A DNA stretch of 64,000 bases from a virus, in IMG/VR virus record IMGVR_UViG_3300017770_000003. One strand, 5' to 3'. Under the pieces are notes generated by a model. The model searched no databases and was not told the DNA's origin. It worked only from the letters and a program-made list of their open reading frames with translations. Below, piece after piece: positions 1 to 10,126 of the stretch. The translations under genes were made by a program, and so were the position numbers. Within the stretch, counting starts at the first letter, position 1. Every line of letters begins with the position of its first letter.

Positions 1-51
1 TTCAGCCAATAAACTTTGGCTTCTCATTAAATTGTCTAATTGTTCACTCAT
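1..51 (-). CDS. 5' end of a hypothetical protein (MSEQLDNLMRSQSLLAE...), truncated by the window edge
   Basis: ATG at 51-49 overlaps the TAA of the upstream fibre gene (TAATG); 17 open codons to the edge. Confidence 0.7.
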   Translation of the reverse strand, partial: MSEQLDNLMRSQSLLAE

Positions 52-3000
52 TATGCTGTTATTACTATAAAGTCGTTACTTGGGTTAAAATAAATTTGTC
101 CGTCAGAAGCATCTAAACAGTATCCAATAATTCTAACTACATCACCGTTGCCCGCCGGCGCGCCAGAAGTTGCTGCCCCATATACACTACTAACTTGTTG
201 TTCATCTAAATATAGTACATCGCCTACCGCACCAGGATCATGGTCTAGTGTTACCATACCTTTAAGTAAGACACCATTAGTATCAGAGGCAGCACCTAAT
301 GCTACGCCTAATAATCCATCTGATGTTGAGGTAGCATTTGGGTTTGCTATTTCCCAGGTGCCATCCGATTTAAAATGATATATTCTGCCGGTTTGCATGC
401 TAGTAGTTCCACCGAAGAAAACTACATCACCATCATGATCCCCATCCGTAGCCGAGGTTTTGCTTAATTTAATTTTAGGGGCTATAAGACTTCCATTAGT
501 AACTTCTACTCCAGCAGTACTAACTGTTAACTCAGTTGTACTTCCGTTTGCTTGGAGTGCTATTTGGTTGTCAGCGGGTTGATAAATACCTGTATTTATA
601 TCAGTTCCAAATTTTATGGCAGGAGATGATTGGGAACCGTCACTACTAACTGATAAAGTATTACATGAAATAGACCCATCAAATCCTGCATCGCCGTCTT
701 CGTCTATAAAGACCTTTTGAGTACCTCCTACACTTATTTCAAATAATACTTCATTATCAGTAGCAGAAGCCGGGTTTATTTTTAAACTACCTGTGATTTC
801 AGAATCACCAACTAATCTTTCTACATCAGCACTTGCATCATATGCCCAAGAAGCCCCATTAGTAGTGTCACTAATAAATGTTACATCAAAACCAGTATTA
901 GGCCCAGTTCCTACTGTTAATGTACCATCTATATCAGCATTACCATTTACATCTAATGCAGTAAGTGATCCTAACGATGTTATATTGGTTTGAGCTGCTG
1001 TAGTAAGTGTTACATCAGCTATTTGAGCAGAACCCGAAACAACTCCTGAAGGTAAAGTTGCAGAAACATTAGTTAATCCTGAACCATCACCTATAAATTC
1101 AGATGCAGAAACAAACCCACTTGCACTTATATCACTTGATGCAGTTATATTAGCAGTGGTAATAGCTTGCATTGAAATAGCTTCTGATGATCTGATTTGT
1201 GTTACATTTGAAATATTACCAAAAGTTATAGTACCACTATTATTAATAACACTATTAACTCCTCCTAATGATATAAAACCGTCTACATCTAATGTATTAG
1301 ACGTTACCTTACCACTTGAACTAATATTACCTGATGCTGTTATATGTAAAGCACTATGGATACTGTTGCCATTTAAATCTAAATTAGTGGTAGCCGTGTG
1401 GTTACCTAAGTTATCACCTCCGGCAACAGCTGCTGCTAGTGAAGATGATACATTCGCAAAACCAGGGAGTGATAAAGTACCATCTACGTCAACATCATTA
1501 AATGTAACATTTGATGTGGTAGTTAATCCTTGGTTAATTGCTTTAACTGCTGCTAAATTACTTAGTTCAGAATCCATTAAAGCGCCAGCACTAGTTACAT
1601 TAGATGTATTTGCGGTAAGTTTAGCATCGTTGGCAGTAACTCTAGTACTAAAAGAAGCACTTGCGGCTCCATTAGTGGTTACTCTTGTGCTAAACGAGGC
1701 ACTAGCAGCTGTGAATGATCCCGAAATTCCTGCTTTTGTTAAGGCTTTAACTGTTGCAATTTCTGCAAGTTCTGAATCCATTAAAGCACCTGCTGAGGTT
1801 ACATTAGATGTGTTTGCCGTTAGTTTAGCGTCATTTGCTGTTACTCTTGTACTAAATGAAGAACTAGCGGCTGTAAATGAACCTGAAATTCCTGCTGCTG
1901 TTATTCCATCTAATTTAATACCATCAGCTGCTACATCTCTACCATCAACAGTTCCTGTAACCGTTATGTTTCCTGTAACACCTAAAGCTTTACTAGTAGT
2001 AATTTGTTCATTTGCGTCATCAACTGTTAATAAAGTTCCCTGACCTACACCTCCTATATCTCCTGCAAATATTTTAAAACTACTACCTTGTAAATCTCCA
2101 CTACTACTTAAGTATAATCCACTACCACCACCCCCATCAGGGTTAGTAAGTCTTATATGAGTATTTGCACCTATAAAATCACCATGGGTTTTAATATCTT
2201 GACTAGCACTTATACTATTTCCTGTTCCTCCTAAATCTACTTCTAAACCTCCTTGTGGGGAAAAATTAACATAAGTAGTAGTACCACCTGAATTTTGGAT
2301 TCTAAAACTATCAGTAATCTCTGATTTTATATTTAATGATCCTACAACAACATTCTGAGTATCTAAATTGGCTACTGTTTGGGCCGAGCCTGAAACTAAT
2401 GTTTTACCTTCAAGAGTATTAAAACTACTATTTAATGTTGATACATCTACACCATCAACGTTACCAACACTAGTAATAGCATTACCACCCATATTTAAAT
2501 CTTGGGTAGCAGTATGGTTACCTAGGTTATCGCCACCAGCGGATGCTGCGGCAAGTGATGATGATACATTAGCAAATCCTGGAATTGATAAGGTACCATT
2601 TATATCGACACTACCCGTTGTGTTAAAACTACCACTAACCGCAACAAACCCATCACCAACTCTTAAACGTTGGGTATCTTCAACATGGAAATCAATATCA
2701 GTAGCACTAAATTCAATATATTCTTCATCAGTACCATTTCCTATTTTATTATTGCTTATATTGATTATACCATTTGCTGGCCTTAAATTGAATGAACTAT
2801 TAGATACTGTTATAAAATCGGGGGAACCATCAGCATCTGATATTTTAAGTGTGCTTGCATGTATTTTTAAATCTCCAGTTCCCGTATCCTTAATAAAACT
2901 ATCACTACCATCGTGGTAGATTTTTAAATCACCTGCAGCACCAAATGAAGCCGAATCATTGTCTCCAAACCCTATATTTTTTCCGTTTGCATCTAAATCA

Positions 3001-3428
3001 CCCCCTAATTGTGGGGAAGTATCGTCTACTACGGCACTTATCCCACCAGCGGATGCTGCGGCAAGTGATGATGATACATTAGCAAATCCTGGAATTGATA
3101 ATACTCCTCCTATAATTTCTGTACTACCCGTTAATTTTAAGCTGCCTGTAAATAAATGGGTATCATCTATACTATCACCAAAAATAGTAGAACCACTACT
3201 AAATGACTGTGTCATATGGGTGACCGAAGATGAAACTATATAATTTTCTGCGGTTAATGATCCCTTAACTGTTAGGGTTTCTAATACTAAATCTTGTTTT
3301 ACAGCAGATGCACTACCATAAAATAAATTACCATCAGCAATATTAATTGCAAATTCACCTGTTTCTAGTGAAGATGGTGTATTTCCAGCAGTAGCACTGC
3401 TTTTTAATTTTATTGTACTATTTGACAT
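51..3428 (-). CDS. Long tail-fibre-like virion protein (1125 aa) with N-terminal IKLKxS...GEFAINIADG adaptor module and internal repeats
   Basis: Ser/Thr/Gly-rich; N-terminus resembles the Mtd_N/fibre adaptor motif; LSIPGFANVSSSLAAA x3; DNLGNHTAT x2; VVDDTSPQLGGDLD motif typical of phage fibres. Confidence 0.75.
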   Translation of the reverse strand: MSNSTIKLKSSATAGNTPSSLETGEFAINIADGNLFYGSASAVKQDLVLETLTVKGSLTAENYIVSSSVTHMTQSFSSGSTIFGDSIDDTHLFTGSLKLTGSTEIIGGVLSIPGFANVSSSLAAASAGGISAVVDDTSPQLGGDLDANGKNIGFGDNDSASFGAAGDLKIYHDGSDSFIKDTGTGDLKIHASTLKISDADGSPDFITVSNSSFNLRPANGIINISNNKIGNGTDEEYIEFSATDIDFHVEDTQRLRVGDGFVAVSGSFNTTGSVDINGTLSIPGFANVSSSLAAASAGGDNLGNHTATQDLNMGGNAITSVGNVDGVDVSTLNSSFNTLEGKTLVSGSAQTVANLDTQNVVVGSLNIKSEITDSFRIQNSGGTTTYVNFSPQGGLEVDLGGTGNSISASQDIKTHGDFIGANTHIRLTNPDGGGGSGLYLSSSGDLQGSSFKIFAGDIGGVGQGTLLTVDDANEQITTSKALGVTGNITVTGTVDGRDVAADGIKLDGITAAGISGSFTAASSSFSTRVTANDAKLTANTSNVTSAGALMDSELAEIATVKALTKAGISGSFTAASASFSTRVTTNGAASASFSTRVTANDAKLTANTSNVTSAGALMDSELSNLAAVKAINQGLTTTSNVTFNDVDVDGTLSLPGFANVSSSLAAAVAGGDNLGNHTATTNLDLNGNSIHSALHITASGNISSSGKVTSNTLDVDGFISLGGVNSVINNSGTITFGNISNVTQIRSSEAISMQAITTANITASSDISASGFVSASEFIGDGSGLTNVSATLPSGVVSGSAQIADVTLTTAAQTNITSLGSLTALDVNGNADIDGTLTVGTGPNTGFDVTFISDTTNGASWAYDASADVERLVGDSEITGSLKINPASATDNEVLFEISVGGTQKVFIDEDGDAGFDGSISCNTLSVSSDGSQSSPAIKFGTDINTGIYQPADNQIALQANGSTTELTVSTAGVEVTNGSLIAPKIKLSKTSATDGDHDGDVVFFGGTTSMQTGRIYHFKSDGTWEIANPNATSTSDGLLGVALGAASDTNGVLLKGMVTLDHDPGAVGDVLYLDEQQVSSVYGAATSGAPAGNGDVVRIIGYCLDASDGQIYFNPSNDFIVITA
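2533..3101. repeat. Perfect 59-bp direct repeat (2533-2591 and 3043-3101), with a degenerate third copy near 1417-1475
   Basis: ccaccagcggatgctgcggcaagtgatgatgatacattagcaaatcctggaattgataa occurs twice, 510 bp apart. Confidence 0.95.
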
Positions 3429-3448
3429 ATCTTATATATACATATTGA

Positions 3449-3679
3449 TTAAAATGAGCCTCCATTAATGGTTCCTATAAATAAACTTGCGCTAACAGGT
3501 TTATTAAAACTAAATTTATTATTATTAAAGTCAAAACTTAATGATCCACTAGTATTATCAATAAATGAATCAACTTCAAAGTCAGTAGCATCACTAAATT
3601 TACCAAATAGTAAACTATCCTGTGTATATAGTGAGCCTGATGATGCTAAACTACCTAATATGAGTGTATTACTTGGCAT
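3449..3679 (-). CDS. Small fibre-associated protein (76 aa) ending in INGGSF
   Basis: ORF coupled by TAATG to the upstream gene; C-terminal motif shared with other fibre genes. Confidence 0.7.
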   Translation of the reverse strand: MPSNTLILGSLASSGSLYTQDSLLFGKFSDATDFEVDSFIDNTSGSLSFDFNNNKFSFNKPVSASLFIGTINGGSF

Positions 3680-4497
3680 TATATTATTCCTTGTGTAAAC
3701 GCAGTAAATTCATACATAATTTCTACAGGCCCAAAAGCAGGATTTATTTGGGCCGAGACATTACAATATGCAGCTGAAGATGTTAAGTTTAAAATAGTTT
3801 GGCTTGTATTTTTAGCTAAAAGTACTTTAGGCTGATGGTTATATGAATTTCCCGATTGATTATAAGCTATATGAAATTCGCCCGTTTCTACATATCCACC
3901 TTGTGCACCTACAGCATTATAATTCATATGAACTGCTACAAATGAAGTAGCAAAATCGGCTACATCTTGTGTAAAAGCAGATCCTATAGAAGCCGATATT
4001 GTAGCCACACCCACTCCTTTATAAACCCCTAAAGTATTACTTTGGGATAATAGATATTGATCACTGATATAATGTGAAGCTACATCGTCATTTTTATATT
4101 TAATAACACCTCTATTGTTATTTATACTAGACATAGGGTGGTTTATAGTAATAGGAGTAGTGTTACCTTTAGGAACTATAGTTATATTTTGATTAGTCCC
4201 TAAAGTAAGATTACTACTAGTAATTATTAAATTACTATCTGATTCTATGTTACTAGTATGTATAGTGCCACTGGAACTTATATTGCCCGAGGCTGTAATG
4301 TTGCCTACTATCTCTATACTACCAGTTGTTTGGCTATTAGTAGTTATAATATGTTCAATAGAATCAGAACCATTGTTCTTTTCAAAAAATATTCTACCAT
4401 CATGTGTGTTGATAGATAATTCTCCTAACTCTAGGTTAGAAGTTGTAGGGACTTTCCCAACAACTGAACTGCGTTTTAATTTAACTACTTGTGCCAT
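3679..4497 (-). CDS. Tail-fibre-like protein (272 aa) with N-terminal VKLKRSS...GELSINTHDG adaptor module
   Basis: N-terminal motif; ITASGNISSSG segment identical to one in the 1125-aa protein. Confidence 0.7.
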   Translation of the reverse strand: MAQVVKLKRSSVVGKVPTTSNLELGELSINTHDGRIFFEKNNGSDSIEHIITTNSQTTGSIEIVGNITASGNISSSGTIHTSNIESDSNLIITSSNLTLGTNQNITIVPKGNTTPITINHPMSSINNNRGVIKYKNDDVASHYISDQYLLSQSNTLGVYKGVGVATISASIGSAFTQDVADFATSFVAVHMNYNAVGAQGGYVETGEFHIAYNQSGNSYNHQPKVLLAKNTSQTILNLTSSAAYCNVSAQINPAFGPVEIMYEFTAFTQGII

Positions 4498-4545
4498 ATA
4501 TATGGTCTATATTTTAAGGTAGTATATACTACAAGTATACATAGT

Positions 4546-4573
4546 AAGAGCCCCAAGAAACCTTGGAGCTCTT
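4546..4573 (-). terminator. 12-bp stem-loop downstream of the 877-aa gene (terminator or processing hairpin)
   Basis: AAGAGCUCCAAG-GUUU-CUUGGGGCUCUU; U-tract is weak. Confidence 0.55.
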
Positions 4574-4595
4574 TAAAAGAAATATATATGTAGTC

Positions 4596-7229
4596 TTAGT
4601 AGGTACCTCCGTCAATTACAGCGGATACTGCAAACCCATCGGCGGTTTTCTGGAGGAAAGCACCAACAGTTGAACCCGATGCTACTGAAACTATATTATC
4701 TGAGTCATCTAAATGAATAAAACCACTATTTGTAGGGTTAGCAGCATTAAATAAAGCAATTCTTTTTTCTGAATCTTTTTCACCCGCCATCCAGTAGTTA
4801 GAATCGTATTTATATAATAGTGATCCTGTTACACCTGCACTATCTTGATCAAATACATAGATACCGGCATTTGCTGCGGCTGTAGCACTATTTAATATTA
4901 TAATATTATCACCGATCTCGACTTCAGTTGAGTTAACTGTTGTAGTAGTACCATTTACTGTTAAATCACCTCCAACAGTTAAATTTTGGCTAATAGAAGC
5001 AGTTGCTGCTGTTAATAAAGTACCATTAAAGGTTAAATTAGCAGATCCTTCTACTTGTCCAGTAGTTGCAGTAAATACTGCTACGTGATTTTCCGTATAA
5101 TTAGTAAAGGTGGCTGCCGATCCTGTAAATGTATTTAAGGCAGTAACACTAGTGTTTATATTACTAATATCAGAATCTAAGGAACCTGTTTTAGTTTCTA
5201 TACTAGATAATCTGCTATTTTGGGTTGATTGTTCAGTATCTAAAGAACCAGTTTTAGTATTAAGGGCGGTTACACTAGTATTAATTGTGCTAATATCACT
5301 GTCAAGTGAACCTGTCTTAGTGTTAAGGGCAGTTATACTAGTATTTATAGAGCCAGTTTCGGTATTAAGAGCAGTTATAATAGTGTTAATTGTGCTAATA
5401 TCGCTATCTAAAGAGCCCGTCTTAGTGTTTAAAGCAGTAACACTAGTGTTTATATTACTAATACTAGAATCTAAGGAACCTGTTTTGGTGTTAAGGGCGG
5501 CTATACTAGCATTAATAGAACCTGTTTCAGTATTAAGAGCGGTTATAATAGTATTTATGGTACTAATATCTGAGTCTAAAGAACCTGTTTTGGTATTAAG
5601 GGCAGTTACACTAGTGTTTATAGTACTAATATCTGAGTCTAAAGAGCCTGTCTTAGTGTTTAAAGCAGTAATTTTAGTATTAATAGAGCCTGTTTCTGTG
5701 TTTAAAGCAGTAATGCTAGTATTAATAGTACTAATATTAGAATCCAAAGAACCAGTCTTGGCGTTAAGAGAAGTTATGCTGGTGTTAATTGTACTAATAT
5801 CTGAGTCTAAAGAACCTGTTTTGGTATTAAGAGCTGCAATACTTGTATTGGCAGAACCACTGAATGTATTTAAAGCGGCAATACTAGGTAATTGGGCTGA
5901 ACCACTAATAATACCATCTCCAGTTTCTCTTAAGAATTTAGCTTCAGATCCTAATTCGCCTCCTTTCCAATATTTTTCATCATCATCCCATAAGAAACTA
6001 CCTGTATGGGCAGTAGGGTTACCATCCGATGCGCTTACATGAACATTAATACCGGCATTACCTGATCCACCTCCTAAGGCAGCATTTAGTACTATAATTC
6101 TATCTCCAATTTCAACTTCAGTTGAATTAATAGTTGTTGTAGTACCACTAACAGTTAAATCACCTGTAACTGTTAAATTTTTACCAACTGTTAGATTTTG
6201 GGTAATAGAAGCGGTGGCCGCTGTTAATGTATTACCATTAAACGTTAAATTGGATGAACCATCTAATTCACTTGCCCCATTAAAAATAGCAACTTGATTA
6301 TTTGCTCCACTACCTGAAAGTACATTATTTGTAAAAGTAGCAGCATTTGCAGTTCCCCCTAATACACCCCCTAAGGTAACTGTACTAGCATCAACTGTTA
6401 CTCCTGTTAAGTCACTACCATTACCTACAAAACTACCACTAAAAGTAGAACCACTAATAACGGATACATTAGTAAAATCTACTACATCTGTGCTAGTAGC
6501 TCCTGATACAATTAATGAACCTGTAATTACGGCACTACCACTAAAAGGGAATCCTGATCCTCCTAATGTACCATCATCTATTTGAGTTCTTAATGTTCTA
6601 CCAACATATTGATAAGCAGTAGCAAATACAAAATCATTTCCATCATGTGGAGGAGTACCTACCCAGGTAAGAACACCTGTTTTATAATCAAATACAAATT
6701 GGTCATCTGTAGCGGCAGTAACGTTGTTTTCATCATTACCATAAGAAATTGCTACCTTATAACCAGGGGTTAAAGATTCAGCATTTCTAGAAGCGTGTCC
6801 AGGTATTATATACTTGGGGGATACAAAATTAGTTTGTTGGTCCGCTTCTATAATTTGGTCAGAAGTTACATAATCATCATGGGCATCAGGATCATCAGTA
6901 GTAAAATAATAAACTTCCCTTTGCCCGTCAGCAGCTCCCTTGAGTTTTTTTCTATGGTGGAATTTTACAATTGCTAGATCATCAGCACTTCCCTCTGTGT
7001 AAGTAGTAGGATCTACTAAACTAGCTGAAATTATTAACCCATCTTGACTAGAACCACTATAAGGTAGTTGGCTACTTCCCGTAGGGATTAACCCGTCATC
7101 TGTAAATATTTCATTAGCCCCTAAATCAAATACATCTGTAAATGCTTCTTGAGTTAATGTAAGATCATTAGTAGTAAATCTTCTACCTTGTAATAATCTT
7201 TCTGATCTATTGGGTGAGTTATATGCCAT
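4596..7229 (-). CDS. Tail-fibre/virion structural protein (877 aa) with a central coiled-coil repeat, ending in VIDGGTY
   Basis: Heptad-multiple repeats; two copies of an EIGDxIIxLN...GSxLW/Y domain. Confidence 0.75.
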   Translation of the reverse strand: MAYNSPNRSERLLQGRRFTTNDLTLTQEAFTDVFDLGANEIFTDDGLIPTGSSQLPYSGSSQDGLIISASLVDPTTYTEGSADDLAIVKFHHRKKLKGAADGQREVYYFTTDDPDAHDDYVTSDQIIEADQQTNFVSPKYIIPGHASRNAESLTPGYKVAISYGNDENNVTAATDDQFVFDYKTGVLTWVGTPPHDGNDFVFATAYQYVGRTLRTQIDDGTLGGSGFPFSGSAVITGSLIVSGATSTDVVDFTNVSVISGSTFSGSFVGNGSDLTGVTVDASTVTLGGVLGGTANAATFTNNVLSGSGANNQVAIFNGASELDGSSNLTFNGNTLTAATASITQNLTVGKNLTVTGDLTVSGTTTTINSTEVEIGDRIIVLNAALGGGSGNAGINVHVSASDGNPTAHTGSFLWDDDEKYWKGGELGSEAKFLRETGDGIISGSAQLPSIAALNTFSGSANTSIAALNTKTGSLDSDISTINTSITSLNAKTGSLDSNISTINTSITALNTETGSINTKITALNTKTGSLDSDISTINTSVTALNTKTGSLDSDISTINTIITALNTETGSINASIAALNTKTGSLDSSISNINTSVTALNTKTGSLDSDISTINTIITALNTETGSINTSITALNTKTGSLDSDISTINTSVTALNTKTGSLDTEQSTQNSRLSSIETKTGSLDSDISNINTSVTALNTFTGSAATFTNYTENHVAVFTATTGQVEGSANLTFNGTLLTAATASISQNLTVGGDLTVNGTTTTVNSTEVEIGDNIIILNSATAAANAGIYVFDQDSAGVTGSLLYKYDSNYWMAGEKDSEKRIALFNAANPTNSGFIHLDDSDNIVSVASGSTVGAFLQKTADGFAVSAVIDGGTY
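5125..5885 (-). repeat. In-frame tandem repeat array: 21-aa units (ALNTKTGSLDSDISTINTSxT) and 14-aa units (ALNTETGSINTxIT)
   Basis: Visible in the translation and as degenerate 63-bp and 42-bp DNA units. Confidence 0.9.
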
Positions 7230-7246
7230 ATCTTATAGTTTCTGTA

Positions 7247-9823
7247 TTACGATGTGGATACTGTAAATCCAGTTAATGTAGAAGCAGGGGCTCCTTTATA
7301 TCTAATTAATATCCAAATTTTAGGGTTTGAAGCGTTAATAGTTTGTCCTATAGAGTTATTTAATCCTAAAGTTAATGTACCACTTGAATTTGTAAATGAT
7401 GTAAAATCACCTATAACATCTATATTATCGCTAAATGGGTTATTATTTCCTGTTGATTGTGCATTTAAACTACCTCCATAAGTACCATTACCTTTAACAG
7501 CATCAAATATATCAGAGTTTTGTGCTTGGAAAATAACACCGATTGAAATTTTGTTATTAGTGGTAGTATCCCAAGTAACAAAATCACTGCTGCTATCTGG
7601 GTCAAAATTTAATGTTAGAGTACTTTTATTACTACTTGCTCCAGTGTCAACTTCTCTTAAGAACCACTTATAATGGGCCTGGTTAAATCCATCTGTAGGG
7701 TACCAATAACCAGCACCTGCATTACTTACAGCAGTACCGTTATGTTCTGGATTAACAAGGAAACCAGGTTTAACTTGTAAGTCACCACCATCTCCTAATG
7801 TTAATCTTGAACTTGAATTAAATGCTGTTGTTAAAGTAGTTGAATTACTAATTGTTCTTCTATAAACTTCACCTTTAAAGGTTTCGCTAGTATTTGTAGC
7901 CCCACCAGCACCACCATCATCTGAAATGAAGTATGCTAGAGAACCACTAGCTACAGGTTGGCCAAAGGCTCCCGCTGTGTGATAATTTATATTAGTATCA
8001 TCATTTGTAGTACTGTCAGTGAAATTACGAGATGTAATTCTGTATGTAAATGTACTATCACTATAGCTTGATCCTTCTAGGATATTAGTTTCATTAGCAT
8101 CACTAGCACCAAAGCTATAGGTTTCTGCTATTCTACCAGTATCATCTATACCCGGGTTATCATTAATTGCTCTAGCGGTATTACCATCATATACCCTATT
8201 AGCTCCAGCTACATCGCCATCTGACTGAATAGTAATTATTTGTGTTGAGTCGCCCGCAAAAGTTAAAGTAGTACTAGTAATTGAACCATCTAATAATGTA
8301 GTGTTGTTTCTATATAGGGGTTTAAATAAATTACTAGCTGTAACTTCTGCACTATAAGTAGCTCCATTCAAGTATGGGGCACCTGATAAGCTTCTAGAAG
8401 TAAAACTTGAAGAAGTAAATTTTGTAACATTAGAAACTGCAGTATCTGTTATATCACTAATTTGTAGTGGAGATTGAAATATAGATGTATTTACATTGGT
8501 TTGGGATCCAGGGCTTTGTAAGCTACCAAAAATAACTTCAGCTTCTGTTTGGGTACTACCTGTGGCTACACCTGCTAATATACCTTGGTATTTGTAGTAT
8601 CCACTTGAGGAAATGTCTGTAAAATCTTCACTAGAAGCTTTATATCTTAAAGATGTTTGTAAAGGTATATTAGCACCATTAGCCTTTTTAAACTGAGGTG
8701 GAATAACTGTTGGGTTACCCGTCGCTATTGTTTCTAAATCAATAGTATTACTAGGCCCCCCCTGTACTACTACACCAGCGGCCCCCGGGGTTAAGGTAAA
8801 TTCAAATCTAGATTGAGTATTAAATGTATTACTAGCGGGGCTTGGATCATTCTCACTTTGTGTATCACTAAAACTTTGAGTTACTTTAGCGAATACAGTA
8901 AAGTTATCACTATTAGACCCCGCATCAAATTCAGTATCGGCAACGCCACCCCCTAATAAATCTATTCTAACCCCATAATTACCTGTTGTAACTCCTGTGC
9001 GTCTATTTGAAGCAGCTACCTCACTAAACATACTTGTACCTGCGCCTCCATTAAATCCCTTTAGATTTAAGTAAGCAGCATTTTCTTCAGTAAACCCTAC
9101 AGGAAGGTATACACTATCAAAATCGCTACTATCAGTAGGCAGTGATTCAGCTTCGCTATTATACCCCGTGTATTTAGTAGCTAAAGCAGTAGGAGAAGCA
9201 ACTAAAGCACTATTAGAAGAACTAATAAGTCCTGCGAATGTTCTTAAAATTTCTGCTACATCAGTATTAGCATCATAATTATTAAATATAGAACCTGCTA
9301 AATTAGATTGCCAAGCTAAATTATTTGGGTGACCAACATTATGGTTACTAAAGTAAGCAGATTGGCTAACAATTAAAGCATAATTATTATTTGTAGAAGA
9401 AGCTCCTCTAATTTCCGTAGGAGCAGTATCAGGTGACCCCAATAATGTACTACCTGTAATTATTTGTGAATCTTTGAATAGGTTAGTACTACCTGTAAGA
9501 GCAAATCGTGCTTCATTTTGTAAAGTACCTAGGGTAATTTCAGTATTACCACTACTATCTAATCTATATAATTTGTTATCATCAGTATCATAAAATAAAG
9601 TACCATTTAGTTGTTTATTATTTGAATCTAATGTAGGAACTGTTGTTCCTAATTGTACGGGGTTAACTAAGCTAGCCGAAGTTTCACCTATACCAACAAC
9701 TAAAAATGGTCCTGTTAAATTACCACTAGAACCAGTGACAATTAAAACCTCACCTATATTTGCGGTTACTGTAGATGATAGAGAGCCTACGCCACCTCTT
9801 TTTAACTGAATTGTTTGAGCCAT
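7247..9823 (-). CDS. Tail/fibre structural protein (858 aa) with N-terminal IQLKRGG...GE module
   Basis: Ser/Thr/Gly/Asn-rich, beta-rich composition; located in the fibre cluster; late motif upstream. Confidence 0.65.
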   Translation of the reverse strand: MAQTIQLKRGGVGSLSSTVTANIGEVLIVTGSSGNLTGPFLVVGIGETSASLVNPVQLGTTVPTLDSNNKQLNGTLFYDTDDNKLYRLDSSGNTEITLGTLQNEARFALTGSTNLFKDSQIITGSTLLGSPDTAPTEIRGASSTNNNYALIVSQSAYFSNHNVGHPNNLAWQSNLAGSIFNNYDANTDVAEILRTFAGLISSSNSALVASPTALATKYTGYNSEAESLPTDSSDFDSVYLPVGFTEENAAYLNLKGFNGGAGTSMFSEVAASNRRTGVTTGNYGVRIDLLGGGVADTEFDAGSNSDNFTVFAKVTQSFSDTQSENDPSPASNTFNTQSRFEFTLTPGAAGVVVQGGPSNTIDLETIATGNPTVIPPQFKKANGANIPLQTSLRYKASSEDFTDISSSGYYKYQGILAGVATGSTQTEAEVIFGSLQSPGSQTNVNTSIFQSPLQISDITDTAVSNVTKFTSSSFTSRSLSGAPYLNGATYSAEVTASNLFKPLYRNNTTLLDGSITSTTLTFAGDSTQIITIQSDGDVAGANRVYDGNTARAINDNPGIDDTGRIAETYSFGASDANETNILEGSSYSDSTFTYRITSRNFTDSTTNDDTNINYHTAGAFGQPVASGSLAYFISDDGGAGGATNTSETFKGEVYRRTISNSTTLTTAFNSSSRLTLGDGGDLQVKPGFLVNPEHNGTAVSNAGAGYWYPTDGFNQAHYKWFLREVDTGASSNKSTLTLNFDPDSSSDFVTWDTTTNNKISIGVIFQAQNSDIFDAVKGNGTYGGSLNAQSTGNNNPFSDNIDVIGDFTSFTNSSGTLTLGLNNSIGQTINASNPKIWILIRYKGAPASTLTGFTVSTS

Positions 9824-9854
9824 GTTGTCTATTTGATTATTCTAATATACATAT

Positions 9855-10103
9855 TTAAAATCCCCCAAGGTCAAGGTTTCCCCTTAGTATTATGTTATCA
9901 GTAGAAAGGGTTCCTGATACATTTAATGACCCAGTAATATCTGTTGATCCCGTAATAGAAAATTTTCCACTTTCTGTAATGTTAAGAGATATACTTCCAC
10001 TATCATTTACAATAATTTCAGAAATAAATGCCCCCGCAGACCCACTAAATATGATGGATCCGCTTGCGGGTTCTATAATTATATTTCTATTATATAAAGG
10101 CAA
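9855..10103 (-). CDS. Small fibre-associated protein (82 aa, TTG start) ending in LDLGGF
   Basis: Fills the gap between genes; ATATTTATA motif 14 nt upstream. Confidence 0.6.
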   Translation of the reverse strand: MPLYNRNIIIEPASGSIIFSGSAGAFISEIIVNDSGSISLNITESGKFSITGSTDITGSLNVSGTLSTDNIILRGNLDLGGF

Positions 10104-10126
10104 TATAGTATTTGGTTATAAATATT

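Noticed and set aside
2533-3101. Possible DGR template/variable repeat pair
   Set aside because: The copies are identical rather than differing at adenines, both lie mid-gene, and no reverse transcriptase is in the window.
5125-5885. Possible CRISPR array
   Set aside because: The units are degenerate in-frame coding repeats without unique spacers, and no cas genes are present.
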